Shown: piece by piece, positions 1 through 9,101 of the stretch
Numbering within the stretch: the first letter of the stretch is position 1
Layout: each line of letters opens with the position of its first letter
Position numbers and translations under genes: made by a program
The notes under the pieces: model-generated
Seen by the model: only the letters and a program-made list of their open reading frames with translations
What the model was told of the DNA's origin: nothing
The model's database searches: none
IMG/VR virus record: IMGVR_UViG_3300005239_000040
Span: 1-38,130 of that record
Reading direction: 5' to 3' (one strand)
Source: a virus
Taxonomy: Duplodnaviria > Caudoviricetes
Length of the DNA stretch: 38,130 nt

Positions 1-2
1 GT

Positions 3-740
3 TTCCTTCCTGCACCAGAAGGTGAAGAACTTCCTTGGGTCCGTTATTGGGACCATGGCTTTAAAGGCAAGACTACAGGTATGTGGTATATTGAAAAATC
101 ACTTACCTCCCTTGGTCAGAAAGACCCTGTAGGAGAGTTAAACTCTCAACTGTGGAATACTGGTCGTGATGAAGATAAGCAGACTGCACGGGACCAGAAA
201 CGTCGCCTGAAGTATGTTTCTAACATCTATGTTGTATCTGACTCTGGCAATCCAGAGAATGAAGGCAAGGTGTTCCTTTACCAGTATGGTAAAAAGATTC
301 ATGACAAGTTGATGGAATCTATGCAACCTGAGTTTCCTGATGATGCTCCGGTAAATCCATTTGATTTCTGGGAAGGGGCTGACTTTAAACTGAAGATTCG
401 TCAAGTAGATGGTTACCGCAACTATGATCGTTCTGAGTTTTCTTCTCCTGCTGTACTGGCAGATGATGATAAACTGGATGCGATTTATGGTCAGGTATAT
501 CCACTCAGCGAGTTTACAGACCCTACTAACTACAAGTCTTACGAAGAGCTGAAAGCACGGCTGGATGCTGTTCTCGGTGTTAGTGGAACATTTACTCCAC
601 AGCAGGAAGAAGATTTGTCAATCACTGCTGATACTGCTCCTATGAAATCTGTGGAACCAGTATCTGCACCAAGTATTGTAGACGCAGATGGAGATGATGA
701 CACTATGTCATATTTCTCACGTCTTGCAAATGAAGACTGA
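3..740 (+). CDS. gp32: T4-like single-stranded DNA-binding protein (5' truncated by window)
   Basis: The frame is open from position 3 (FLPAPEGEELPWVRYWDHGFKG..WYIEKSLT). It has the motifs NEGKVFLYQYGKKI and NPFDFWEGADFKLKIRQVDGYRNYDRSEF, and an acidic C-terminal tail ending DDTMSYFSRLANED. Confidence 0.97.
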   Translation, partial: FLPAPEGEELPWVRYWDHGFKGKTTGMWYIEKSLTSLGQKDPVGELNSQLWNTGRDEDKQTARDQKRRLKYVSNIYVVSDSGNPENEGKVFLYQYGKKIHDKLMESMQPEFPDDAPVNPFDFWEGADFKLKIRQVDGYRNYDRSEFSSPAVLADDDKLDAIYGQVYPLSEFTDPTNYKSYEELKARLDAVLGVSGTFTPQQEEDLSITADTAPMKSVEPVSAPSIVDADGDDDTMSYFSRLANED

Positions 741-749
741 TAGTTAGAG

Positions 750-790
750 AAAATCCCCGGTGTTTTAGGACTTCCCACCGGGGATTTTTT
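750..790. terminator. Bidirectional rho-independent terminator
   Basis: Inverted repeat AAAATCCCCGGTG (750-762) / CACCGGGGATTTT (776-788) with A and T tracts on either side, between convergent genes. Confidence 0.9.
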
Positions 791-2334
791 TATCTGGATG
801 TTGGCATTGATCCGCCGTATACAAGATCAGGATGCATACCCATATAATGATTGGGAACTTCAGCAGCAGTAGAAGAAGCAACATTGGGAGCAGATGCTAC
901 ACCACCACCGCCTCCGCCTCCGCCACCACCGCCAGCAGCTCCACCAGAGACATATACGTTAGTTCCAGCAGTAGAAGCACCAGCAGCACCATTTAAGGTT
1001 TGGATTGCAGCACCACTATTATTCATTACAGGTTCAAAATACCCTGAGTATAATCCACCACCTGCTGCTTCATACGCATTAACAGTATCCATCATTTGAA
1101 GTTTACGAGTGTCTATTCTTTGCTGGGTTGCGTCCGGATCACCAACACCAAATTCTTGCCCTGCAAGAATTGCACCTTTCGGCACTGTAAAACTAGCTGG
1201 CCCAAGGCCAATCTTAAGATCATTGCCCGGAAGTTCTGGAAGTTTAATTCTTACTCTTTTTTGAATAGCAAGTAGAAGCTGGTCAAACATATTCATGAAT
1301 GTAAACCCAAATGCATCAACTGTCATATCAATATCACGTTTAATAGACTTACCAAAGTTTATAGCAGTTTGCATTAACTGATCGAAGATAGTTGTGAAAA
1401 GATCGCCCAAGAACCCCATAAGATTTTGGTCAGTCTCTTCAGCCTCAAAACCAAACACATCAGTCATGATCCAGTTCATAGCATTTTTTATTACACCAGA
1501 TAAAAATGTAGAAATTCTAAATGGTTCAGCATCTTCATCTTCTTTGCTCCAACCAAACATTCCCCGCACAAACGATATTGCAAGACCAAGAGGTGCATAG
1601 ATTATATCAACTAAAGTTCCAAAATTACCAAGGATACCACCATCTTTATCAAAAGTGAATATAGCAGTAACAGTATCAACTACTCCCCGCACACCATCAA
1701 AGATTCCGCCAATCATTGTATTAAAGATTTCAGCAAAACTAAATGATTTTAAGAATGCACCAGCTTTGCTAAACCCAAGTTGAATAGCTATCCATGCAGC
1801 TGCTTGTCTAATGAGGTCTAGAGGGGCAGAAATAATAGCACCAAAAAATCCCTTTACTGCACCTTCTAGTCCACCAATAATACCGTCTTCTTCATACCCT
1901 TTAATAAACCCTTCAATGGCAGCAAAGGTTCCAATGATAGCAGTAATGATTAAACCAATTGGACCAAGGAACCTACCAACACTTTTGAATAAAGATAAGA
2001 GTTTCCCACCAAATGCTGCAATACCACCTAAGAATGCCTTAAGACCAAAGAACCCCATAAACGCACTAGCAAGACCACCTAGCATGCCTTTACCACCGTC
2101 ACCACCACCAGCAGCGCCAACACCAGCATCACCACCTGTAAGACTAGGTGCCTCAAAAGCACCAGCTCCTTCTCTCAAACTTTCCAGACGTTCAAGTCTG
2201 TCCTGTTTGTTCAACTCAACTAGGTCTGTCACTCGATCAGTTAGAGATTCCATTTCAATTCGGATATCTTTAGTCTCTACTAACTGTTCTTCGTTGACTT
2301 CTGTAAGTCTGTCAATAACGTCTGATAAAGCCAT
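790..2334 (-). CDS. Putative tail tape measure / baseplate hub protein (gp29-like)
   Basis: 514 aa with an N-terminal coiled coil, long Gly/Ala/Phe-rich amphipathic or hydrophobic helices and a poly-Gly C-terminal region. It lies directly downstream of gp26-gp51. Confidence 0.65.
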   Translation of the reverse strand: MALSDVIDRLTEVNEEQLVETKDIRIEMESLTDRVTDLVELNKQDRLERLESLREGAGAFEAPSLTGGDAGVGAAGGGDGGKGMLGGLASAFMGFFGLKAFLGGIAAFGGKLLSLFKSVGRFLGPIGLIITAIIGTFAAIEGFIKGYEEDGIIGGLEGAVKGFFGAIISAPLDLIRQAAAWIAIQLGFSKAGAFLKSFSFAEIFNTMIGGIFDGVRGVVDTVTAIFTFDKDGGILGNFGTLVDIIYAPLGLAISFVRGMFGWSKEDEDAEPFRISTFLSGVIKNAMNWIMTDVFGFEAEETDQNLMGFLGDLFTTIFDQLMQTAINFGKSIKRDIDMTVDAFGFTFMNMFDQLLLAIQKRVRIKLPELPGNDLKIGLGPASFTVPKGAILAGQEFGVGDPDATQQRIDTRKLQMMDTVNAYEAAGGGLYSGYFEPVMNNSGAAIQTLNGAAGASTAGTNVYVSGGAAGGGGGGGGGGGVASAPNVASSTAAEVPNHYMGMHPDLVYGGSMPTSR

Positions 2335-2460
2335 TTATCTTCTCTGTTGTTGTTTTTCTGCTTCTTCTTTTAACCATTGTAATAGCATAGCAAGATAAAC
2401 CTCACGTTCCCAAGGCATCATATTTTCTAGTTCTGTTAATGAGTATTTATGATGTTGCAT
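2335..2460 (-). CDS. gp51: Baseplate hub assembly protein gp51-like (missing from the ORF track; the frame is open upstream to 2517 and may be entered by frameshift)
   Basis: Manual translation gives MQHHKYSLTELENMMPWEREVYLAMLLQWLKEEAEKQQQRR*, the motif typical of the short gp51 in marine T4-like phages. The stop codon abuts the next ATG. Confidence 0.85.
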   Translation of the reverse strand: MQHHKYSLTELENMMPWEREVYLAMLLQWLKEEAEKQQQRR

Positions 2461-2513
2461 CAACTGAAAATTAACTGTATAGTGATTAATTAAATTTTCA
2501 TGTGAGAGGCATA

Positions 2514-3230
2514 CTAAAAAAAATCACTAGTTCCTTTTAACGTAATCTCATTTGCATGTGAACAACTTCCACAATCAAACTTTACATCATGTTTCATCTG
2601 CGGCAATTCTTCTACAAACTTTCTGACTTGTTCGAACTGTTTGTTATTGAATGATTCCAAGAATGCCATTACTTCTGCTTTTGACTCATCACCAAAATTA
2701 ATCAATTCTTCTTCTGTTTCTAGACTCTCAAGACAAATTGCAATCAAATCAAAAATCTGCTGTGTCTGAGATACATTGTTGGACTCATTGTCAATCATAG
2801 TATCCGTCACTTCTGCTAGAATTGGATACTTCAGGTGCAAAGTCATATTATCTGATAACTTGATAGGTTTAATAGACTTTGGCACAGATACTTTAATCTT
2901 GCTCAAGTCAATGTTTAACTCATTAGGATGTTTACATTCTGTACAAGAAACATTGACGTTAGATGACTCTCCCACAGACTTTGATCTAATCTGTGTAAAC
3001 AAGTATTCAATATCAAAGACTGGTAACTTATATACATCAATCTCTTCGTCAACACAGGCATTGATTGTATCTGCAATTGCATCTAGTGCAATCTTCTTGT
3101 CTTCAGATTCCAGAGCCATCATCAAAATCTTTTCTTCTTTGACAAGGTAAGGTCTGAATTTTACTTGTTCACCTGTAGACGGAATTTTGGTAGTGTATTT
3201 AATCGACTCATTAAGTTTAGGTAAAGCCAT
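2514..3230 (-). CDS. gp26: Baseplate hub assembly protein gp26-like
   Basis: Motifs MALPKL..IPSTG..VKFRPYLVKEEKILMMA and FDIEYLFTQIRSKSVGE, two CxxC pairs, and a C-terminal G..DFF. Confidence 0.92.
   Translation of the reverse strand: MALPKLNESIKYTTKIPSTGEQVKFRPYLVKEEKILMMALESEDKKIALDAIADTINACVDEEIDVYKLPVFDIEYLFTQIRSKSVGESSNVNVSCTECKHPNELNIDLSKIKVSVPKSIKPIKLSDNMTLHLKYPILAEVTDTMIDNESNNVSQTQQIFDLIAICLESLETEEELINFGDESKAEVMAFLESFNNKQFEQVRKFVEELPQMKHDVKFDCGSCSHANEITLKGTSDFF
2516..2523 (-). other. Candidate -1 ribosomal frameshift slippery site (GAU UUU UUU UAG)
   Basis: A run of 8 U in the mRNA overlaps the last gp26 codons. The -1 frame continues without a stop into gp51. Confidence 0.65.
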
Positions 3231-3245
3231 GTTATAGTTACTCCA

Positions 3246-3746
3246 TTAAGTAGTGCGTTCCCAATCAGTGAATGCTAATTGAACATTAAGTTGTGTAATT
3301 TGATTTGCCAAACCATCTCCGAGTTCAATAGGATTGATAGTAACAGGAAAGGCACCTTTTAACTTGACACCATAAATTACCTGACTATTTTCTTTATCTA
3401 ACTGTTCAATAATTATCTGTTTAGTATATACATCTTTATACTCTAATTCATATGTATTAAATCCAATAACGTCTTCTTGCCAGTCTTCAAAATAATTCTT
3501 GACAGAGTATTCTCCGTCTAGTAAAAATGTTAGACTTACATCATCAAAGATAAATCCATAGGGCATCTTTTGCGTAAGCATACCGATTGATCTATCATTG
3601 GTTGTAATTTGTCTTCCCGGCAAGTTTGTGGCTTGGCAGAGAATATCTCCATTTTCCCCTAGTCCGGGAATTTTGATTCGGTATCTATCTGGATGTGCTG
3701 GTGGTTTACCAGCAAAGGCACCTTTTAAGTCTTCAATGGTTGCCAT
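3246..3746 (-). CDS. Tail-tube-fold baseplate protein (gp54/gp19-like tube initiator)
   Basis: Motifs LCQATNLPGRQI, KMPYG..FDDVSLTF, YFEDWQ, IEQLD and AFPVTINPIEL, typical of the gp19/gp54 family. Confidence 0.8.
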   Translation of the reverse strand: MATIEDLKGAFAGKPPAHPDRYRIKIPGLGENGDILCQATNLPGRQITTNDRSIGMLTQKMPYGFIFDDVSLTFLLDGEYSVKNYFEDWQEDVIGFNTYELEYKDVYTKQIIIEQLDKENSQVIYGVKLKGAFPVTINPIELGDGLANQITQLNVQLAFTDWERTT

Positions 3747-3747
3747 G

Positions 3748-4335
3748 TTATGCTCTCATCTTTCTTCTAGAGTCTTTGTATACTTCACTGCTGCTTGCCT
3801 TTTCAAAGTCTGCTGTCGGCAAGAACGTAGCAATCTCCCATTCAGGGGCAGGAACCATAGCAAGTCTAGAACGCACATGAGAACTTAGATACCTTTTCAA
3901 GCAAGGTCTAAATGCTTTTAACTTAGATGCACGTTTTAACATTTCATAGGATAACCTGAACCTAGTAGATTCATCATATCTTTCATTATTTATAGTGTCG
4001 AGCAGTGCATCTAGAAACTTTGCTCTAGTAGCAAGGGGAAGATAGTGCAGGTTCAGTCCCATAAAACCTTTAGGTGCTGGACCTACCATTACAATCAATG
4101 GGAACCTGTCATAGTAGGGCAGTGTCTCTTTGTGCTTAGGATCATAGAAATACATATACATCTTGCCCACAGCAGGACGACTACGCAGTTCAATAGGGTC
4201 TTCTTTCATCAGTTTACTTCTACTGACATTCAAGTTCTTTGCCTTGTTCATAAACCATGCACGGGACTCTTTACTCCGTGGAGTAATCCCTTTACGAAAT
4301 GCTTCAAACTCTAATTTTTGAAATAGTCCTGCCAT
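3748..4335 (-). CDS. gp2: DNA end protector protein
   Basis: Motifs GKMYMYFYDPKHKETLPYYDRFPL, GLNLHYLP, PCLKRYL and WEIATFLPTADF. Confidence 0.95.
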   Translation of the reverse strand: MAGLFQKLEFEAFRKGITPRSKESRAWFMNKAKNLNVSRSKLMKEDPIELRSRPAVGKMYMYFYDPKHKETLPYYDRFPLIVMVGPAPKGFMGLNLHYLPLATRAKFLDALLDTINNERYDESTRFRLSYEMLKRASKLKAFRPCLKRYLSSHVRSRLAMVPAPEWEIATFLPTADFEKASSSEVYKDSRRKMRA

Positions 4336-4773
4336 TTAGAACTTCATCCCCATTTGCTTTAGTGTGTGTTCGGTCCATATCTGAAACTCATAACCATTGT
4401 CCAAGCAATACTCTTTAGCTGCTTTCCACTTACATTGGTTCTTGACATATTCCAGTGATTCAGATATAAATCTTTTTGTTCTGCGTTTACTCTTTGGTGG
4501 TCGGGTCTGTTTATCTGGTTTAATCTCTACCAGAACAACACTACCGTCTTTCATATTTAGTTTCAAATCAACAAAATACCGATGATATTTGTTGTCAACT
4601 GCACTAAGATAAGGAACTACAGTCTCTTCAGAAGACCATGATTTAATATTAGTTTGGTCTTCAACCCATTTAAAAGCAAACTTTTCCCAATAAGAACGAT
4701 AAATAACCTTTGTATGGTCTCCATCATACTTTTCAGGGTGTTTGACTTTATATTTACCTTTGTAAGTTTTCAT
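4336..4773 (-). CDS. gp4: Head completion nuclease (TnsA-like PD-(D/E)xK fold)
   Basis: Motifs YKGKY..KHPEKYDGD..VIYRSYWE, WSSEE..VPY, HRYFVD, VEIKP..QT, NQCKWKAA and WTE. An alternative ATG lies at 4782. Confidence 0.95.
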   Translation of the reverse strand: MKTYKGKYKVKHPEKYDGDHTKVIYRSYWEKFAFKWVEDQTNIKSWSSEETVVPYLSAVDNKYHRYFVDLKLNMKDGSVVLVEIKPDKQTRPPKSKRRTKRFISESLEYVKNQCKWKAAKEYCLDNGYEFQIWTEHTLKQMGMKF

Positions 4774-4781
4774 AAACACCA

Positions 4782-4789
4782 TATAAATA
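4782..4789 (+). promoter_or_regulatory. T4-type late promoter TATAAATA
   Basis: Exact consensus about 30 nt upstream of gp48. Confidence 0.85.
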
Positions 4790-4803
4790 ATTATAATATT
4801 TAA

Positions 4804-4811
4804 TATTTATA
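4804..4811 (-). promoter_or_regulatory. T4-type late promoter TATAAATA (minus strand)
   Basis: TATTTATA on the + strand, about 30 nt upstream of gp4. Confidence 0.85.
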
Positions 4812-4820
4812 GGAACACTA

Positions 4821-5639
4821 ATGGCTAGTGGATTAAAATTTCCTCTTGTAGAAGATGAAAAATATGAAGCAAAGGTGATCTTTCAAGCAAAAGGTGCTGA
4901 TGGAAGTTCTTTTGGGCAGTGCATTTTGTATATGCCAGAAGCACTTACTTTTAGTGACCAGATTAATTATGACAATGCAAACTTGGGTATTGCTGGAATG
5001 GCAGCAATGAAAGTCACACAGTTTTCAGGAGAAGCTGCAAATACAGCAGTTGATCCTGCTCTGAGAAATGCTGCTATGGCAAATATTCAGCAGCAATCTG
5101 CTAATGCTCTAAAATCTAGAGACCAGTTAGGCAGTAATGTCATGGGATTGATGAAAGACAATGCTGCACCATTTGCTTCTCTTTTAGCACAGGGAGTAAT
5201 TCCTTCAGAAGCAATTTCAGCTGGTATTGCATTGGGTAGTGGTATTACTGCTAACCCACATAAAAGGTCTGTGTTTAGGGATGTTGGTATTCGTAACTTT
5301 GGATTCTCTTTTATGTTAAGTCCTGCCAGTGAAGCAGAAGGTAATATAATTGAAGGTATTGTAGATTTTTTTAGAGAAAATGCATACCCTGATTTTGTTG
5401 GTTCAGGTGGATACGCCTATAGGTTCCCAAATCATTTTGAAATTACTATGAAGTATCGCAATAATGATATGACCCAACCACCAAAAATTCTCAATAGTTA
5501 TTTGCAGAGTGTTAACACTGTCTTTAACCCAAGGTCTTCTTCATTCTTTAAAGACGGCAAATTTAACGAGACTCAAATTTCATTGGGATTTGTTGAGGAA
5601 AGACCACTTGCTAAACCAGATATCCAAGAAGGTTTCTAA
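4821..5639 (+). CDS. gp48: Baseplate tail tube cap
   Basis: Motifs LYMPEAL, NPHKRSVFRDVGIRNFGFSFML.PAS..E...I..IVDFFR..AYP, FPNHFEI and LGFVEERPL. Position before gp53. Confidence 0.88.
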   Translation: MASGLKFPLVEDEKYEAKVIFQAKGADGSSFGQCILYMPEALTFSDQINYDNANLGIAGMAAMKVTQFSGEAANTAVDPALRNAAMANIQQQSANALKSRDQLGSNVMGLMKDNAAPFASLLAQGVIPSEAISAGIALGSGITANPHKRSVFRDVGIRNFGFSFMLSPASEAEGNIIEGIVDFFRENAYPDFVGSGGYAYRFPNHFEITMKYRNNDMTQPPKILNSYLQSVNTVFNPRSSSFFKDGKFNETQISLGFVEERPLAKPDIQEGF

Positions 5640-7219
5640 TGGCATACTTTACAAATTATCCTAGAGTTAAATATCCGTTTACTAATAATTCTACTGCAAC
5701 AGAATTTACTGATGTAGGAGCTTATGTCGATATCCTTGATAGTGTAAAAGATGATATTTCCTTTTACAAAGAATACTATATCAGAAACGGTGATAGACCA
5801 GATCAAGTATCCTATACACTTTATGATAATGTAGATTATTACTGGACATTCTTTGCATTAAATGATGAAGTAAAAAGAAGAGGATGGCCTCTCACAAATA
5901 GTGCGATTGAAAATAAAGCAAAAAAAGAATACCCACATACTACACTGACTACTAGAGCAGATTTATCAACTCAGTTTTTAGTGGGAAGTAGTGTATCGGG
6001 AACTACTTCTGGTGCAACAGGAACTATTCTTAGAAGACTGCCAGACTTAGGGCAGATTATTGTAAATCAAACCAGTACTGCTGATTTCCAAGCATCAGAA
6101 ACTATTTCTACTACAGAGAATGATACTGTTAGGTCTATTATAATTGATGCATCTTCTGAAGAATATAATGCAAAGCACCACTATGAAGATGTTGACGGAA
6201 GACATGTAGATATTTCTGCCCGTGCACCTTTTATTCAGAGAGTATCCTATGAAGTGAGATGGAACGGTAGTGACACCAGTGATCCAGATAACTTTATTAT
6301 TGACAAGATTAAAATCTCCAATCTAAATTCTATCTACACAGACTTTAGTTTGAATGAGGTGACAACACAGGCAGTTCTTGGAAATATTCTTCCGGGTGGT
6401 TCTGCTCTGATTATTGGTGGTGCACTACAGTTACAATTTGCTACAGATACCGAATACACCATTGGAGACTGGCAAACTAACTTCTTGGGTGGCGTATTGG
6501 GTTTAGCAGGAATTGGATTAACTGCTGTAGGCACACAGTTTGCAGCAATTGTCAATTCTATTCAAGCATCTGGTGGCACTCCACCTACTACTATTGTATA
6601 TCATACCTTTACTCTGGTAGATAATCAGCTAAACTTATATGGGGCTGATGGGGGTGTTCCTCAGTATCTTGCTTTTGAATTTAGATCAGATGTAGATGTT
6701 GACATGACCACAGTTCTTGATAGTGCGTATGCTGGATTAGCATTTGATAATATTGTTGCCAATAACCCTGAAGACCTTAATGAAAGAAACTTTGTTGCAT
6801 ATAAGAATATAGGGGTTACTGGATCAGCAATATCTTCATCTCCATTTCTATCTGATAAAACAACAGATACCACATCTACAACAAATGATGCATTTAACTT
6901 TGTGCAGAATGAATATGAAACATATATTGCTTCTAACTATGATGCACTTGTTCCTGCTACAATTACTCCTGTTACTTTCCTTGAAAGATATGTAAAAGAA
7001 AATGATGAGTTGAGAACGATTAAAGTTCTAAAACCAAATATAGTAGAAGAACTTGATAAGCAGACAAGAAAAGTTCTTATCGAAAACCCTAATGTTGATG
7101 TTGAATTTAGATCAGGTAATGCTTCAGGCAATTCTACCTTTACGACTAGTGCATCTGTTAACTCATCTGTTCCTACAGCATCTCCATCTAATACTGTATC
7201 TGGAGGTTCTGGTTATTAA
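5639..7219 (+). CDS. gp53: Baseplate wedge protein gp53-like with large internal insertion
   Basis: Motifs YFTNYPRVKY, Y.IRNGDRPDQVSYTLYDNVDYYWTFFALN..WPL, HHYE and ENDELRTIKVLKP. Confidence 0.88.
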   Translation: MAYFTNYPRVKYPFTNNSTATEFTDVGAYVDILDSVKDDISFYKEYYIRNGDRPDQVSYTLYDNVDYYWTFFALNDEVKRRGWPLTNSAIENKAKKEYPHTTLTTRADLSTQFLVGSSVSGTTSGATGTILRRLPDLGQIIVNQTSTADFQASETISTTENDTVRSIIIDASSEEYNAKHHYEDVDGRHVDISARAPFIQRVSYEVRWNGSDTSDPDNFIIDKIKISNLNSIYTDFSLNEVTTQAVLGNILPGGSALIIGGALQLQFATDTEYTIGDWQTNFLGGVLGLAGIGLTAVGTQFAAIVNSIQASGGTPPTTIVYHTFTLVDNQLNLYGADGGVPQYLAFEFRSDVDVDMTTVLDSAYAGLAFDNIVANNPEDLNERNFVAYKNIGVTGSAISSSPFLSDKTTDTTSTTNDAFNFVQNEYETYIASNYDALVPATITPVTFLERYVKENDELRTIKVLKPNIVEELDKQTRKVLIENPNVDVEFRSGNASGNSTFTTSASVNSSVPTASPSNTVSGGSGY

Positions 7220-8547
7220 TGAGTAATGAAGGACACCATCCATCATATGTAGGAACTACCAGAGTATTTGTTGAATCTCCTAGATATGGACTATCAGAGA
7301 TATCACTTATTACTTTGCAAGTTTCTTTATTTGAAAACATTTCCTTGCCCTATATTACTGCACAGCTAGTAATTATTGATTCTGCTAACGCATCTAATGC
7401 TGTGCACTTTCAGGGACAAGAAAGAGTTGTCATTGTTGTAATTGACAAAGATGAAAATATAATCTTTAATAAAGAATTTGTCTGTATGGGTATTGAATAC
7501 GGGCAGAAATTAGGTGATGACAAATCAGGATTTATTGTAAAACTTATTGAAGAACATGCTATGCTCAGTAATAGCACTAGGTTCAGTAAAGTGTATGAAG
7601 GTAAACCTGACCAGATTTGTCAAACTGTTTGTCAGGAACAATTAGGTGTGGATGTTACACCAGAAGGAAGTGTGGCACAGAGTGAAATGAGAGTAGTATT
7701 TCCATTCACTATATCACCATTAGAAGCAGCAAACTGGATGGTATCTAGGTGTTCTACTGATGAAGGAATGCCATTCTTATTCTATTCTACTTTGTCTGAA
7801 GATACATTACAATTAAAAGATGTAAAGACTTTGTTGAATCAAGATGCATTTAACAATAATGACCCTTACATTTTTGCACGAACAAGTAGCACTGTTCCGG
7901 GTGGTCCTGAAGATGCAGCAATCCTAAAAAAGAAAATTGTAAACTACAGTATTCCTAACAATGAAGATACCTTGTTTGCAATGGTAAAAAATGTATATGG
8001 TGGGTATTATAACTTTATTGATACATATGAATTTGGTGGTCAAGAAGTTAAGTATGACTTTACAAAACCATTTGGAGCATTACCTAACAAGAATGGTTCT
8101 ACCAAATACAACTATGATCCAGACTTTACAATAGGTAGAGCTTTCCATGAAGGGCAGAATACCTATACAAGTCAAGTTGCTACTAGAAAACTTTTTGATG
8201 ACATGTATTCATTCCTAGAAGAAGAAGATGTTGATATGCATCTTAAGAAAGCAGAATCAAGAGGCATCTATAACTTTATGGATCAGCAACCTATTAACTT
8301 TGCTGTAAATGGAATTGACTTGGGGTTTGACAAACTCGGTAAATGTGTGGATGTTTATATTACCAAAGATATTCCAGCAGAAGAAAAAGTATCACCAGAG
8401 CAGATGAAAGATAAGAAACGTTCTGGAACATATTTAATTCAAAAAGTCATGTATACTATTTTTGATAATAGATTGACATCAACTGTGACAGCAACCAAAA
8501 CTAGTACTAATAGTAATCTTGGTGATGAGAAGGTTAACTTGGTATGA
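7219..8547 (+). CDS. Putative baseplate hub protein (gp27-like)
   Basis: Located between gp53 and gp5. Motifs LFENISLPYITAQLVIIDS, FQGQE, PLEAANW, FLFYSTL and DKKRSGTYLI. Confidence 0.65.
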   Translation: MSNEGHHPSYVGTTRVFVESPRYGLSEISLITLQVSLFENISLPYITAQLVIIDSANASNAVHFQGQERVVIVVIDKDENIIFNKEFVCMGIEYGQKLGDDKSGFIVKLIEEHAMLSNSTRFSKVYEGKPDQICQTVCQEQLGVDVTPEGSVAQSEMRVVFPFTISPLEAANWMVSRCSTDEGMPFLFYSTLSEDTLQLKDVKTLLNQDAFNNNDPYIFARTSSTVPGGPEDAAILKKKIVNYSIPNNEDTLFAMVKNVYGGYYNFIDTYEFGGQEVKYDFTKPFGALPNKNGSTKYNYDPDFTIGRAFHEGQNTYTSQVATRKLFDDMYSFLEEEDVDMHLKKAESRGIYNFMDQQPINFAVNGIDLGFDKLGKCVDVYITKDIPAEEKVSPEQMKDKKRSGTYLIQKVMYTIFDNRLTSTVTATKTSTNSNLGDEKVNLV

Positions 8548-9092
8548 CAGATTTATATAAAACCATACAAAAAGAATATTATGGTGATGGCACCAGATGG
8601 TTTATCGGTATTGTAGAAGATAATAAAAATGACCCTGAAAAACTTGGTAGAGTTAGAGTAAGGGTATACGGAACACATAACGCATACTTGTCAGAGATTC
8701 CTACAGAGAAGTTACCTTGGGCAACTGTTCTTGTTCCCGGAACATATGGTGGAGTATCAGGTGTAGGTAGAAGTCCTACAGGAATTGAACAAGGTGCTAT
8801 GGTATTCGGAGTATTCATGGATGGTAGGCATTCACAGAACCTGCTAGTGCTTGGATCAATTCCAAAAATTGAACAAGAACCCGGAAAGGATATTACTCCT
8901 GAAGATAAGATTGAACCAGCACAGATTGAAAGCAAGCTGGGAGGCACAGGTGATACTACAGGTGCAGTCAAGATTGATGATGACTTATGGGGAGTAGAAT
9001 ATTCTGGTGGTGTTATTATGATGCAGAAAGCAATGGAAAAGGGGTATGGTGTTATGGCTGCTTCTTCACTTGCTGCAATTGGTTCAATATAG
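8544..9092 (+). CDS. gp5: gp5 N-terminal OB-fold domain protein (fragment of the baseplate spike)
   Basis: WFIGIVED..DPEKLGRVRVRVYGTH..IPTEKLPWA..G..VFGVFMDG..SQ..LVLGSIP is the gp5 OB-fold signature. The ORF ends after 182 aa. Confidence 0.88.
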   Translation: MTDLYKTIQKEYYGDGTRWFIGIVEDNKNDPEKLGRVRVRVYGTHNAYLSEIPTEKLPWATVLVPGTYGGVSGVGRSPTGIEQGAMVFGVFMDGRHSQNLLVLGSIPKIEQEPGKDITPEDKIEPAQIESKLGGTGDTTGAVKIDDDLWGVEYSGGVIMMQKAMEKGYGVMAASSLAAIGSI

Positions 9093-9101
9093 GAGTTACA
9101 G

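Noticed and set aside
3987-3994. Minus-strand TATAAATA inside gp2
   Set aside because: It lies within coding sequence about 240 nt from the next start and could be chance in AT-rich DNA.
6220-6960. Intein or intron in gp53
   Set aside because: No C-terminal HN-(C/S/T) splice motif or LAGLIDADG motif was seen, and the frame is continuous.
9090-9092. Genome-wide TAG recoding
   Set aside because: Long genes read through without internal TAG, and TAG serves as a plausible true stop at 17136-17138 just before a late promoter.
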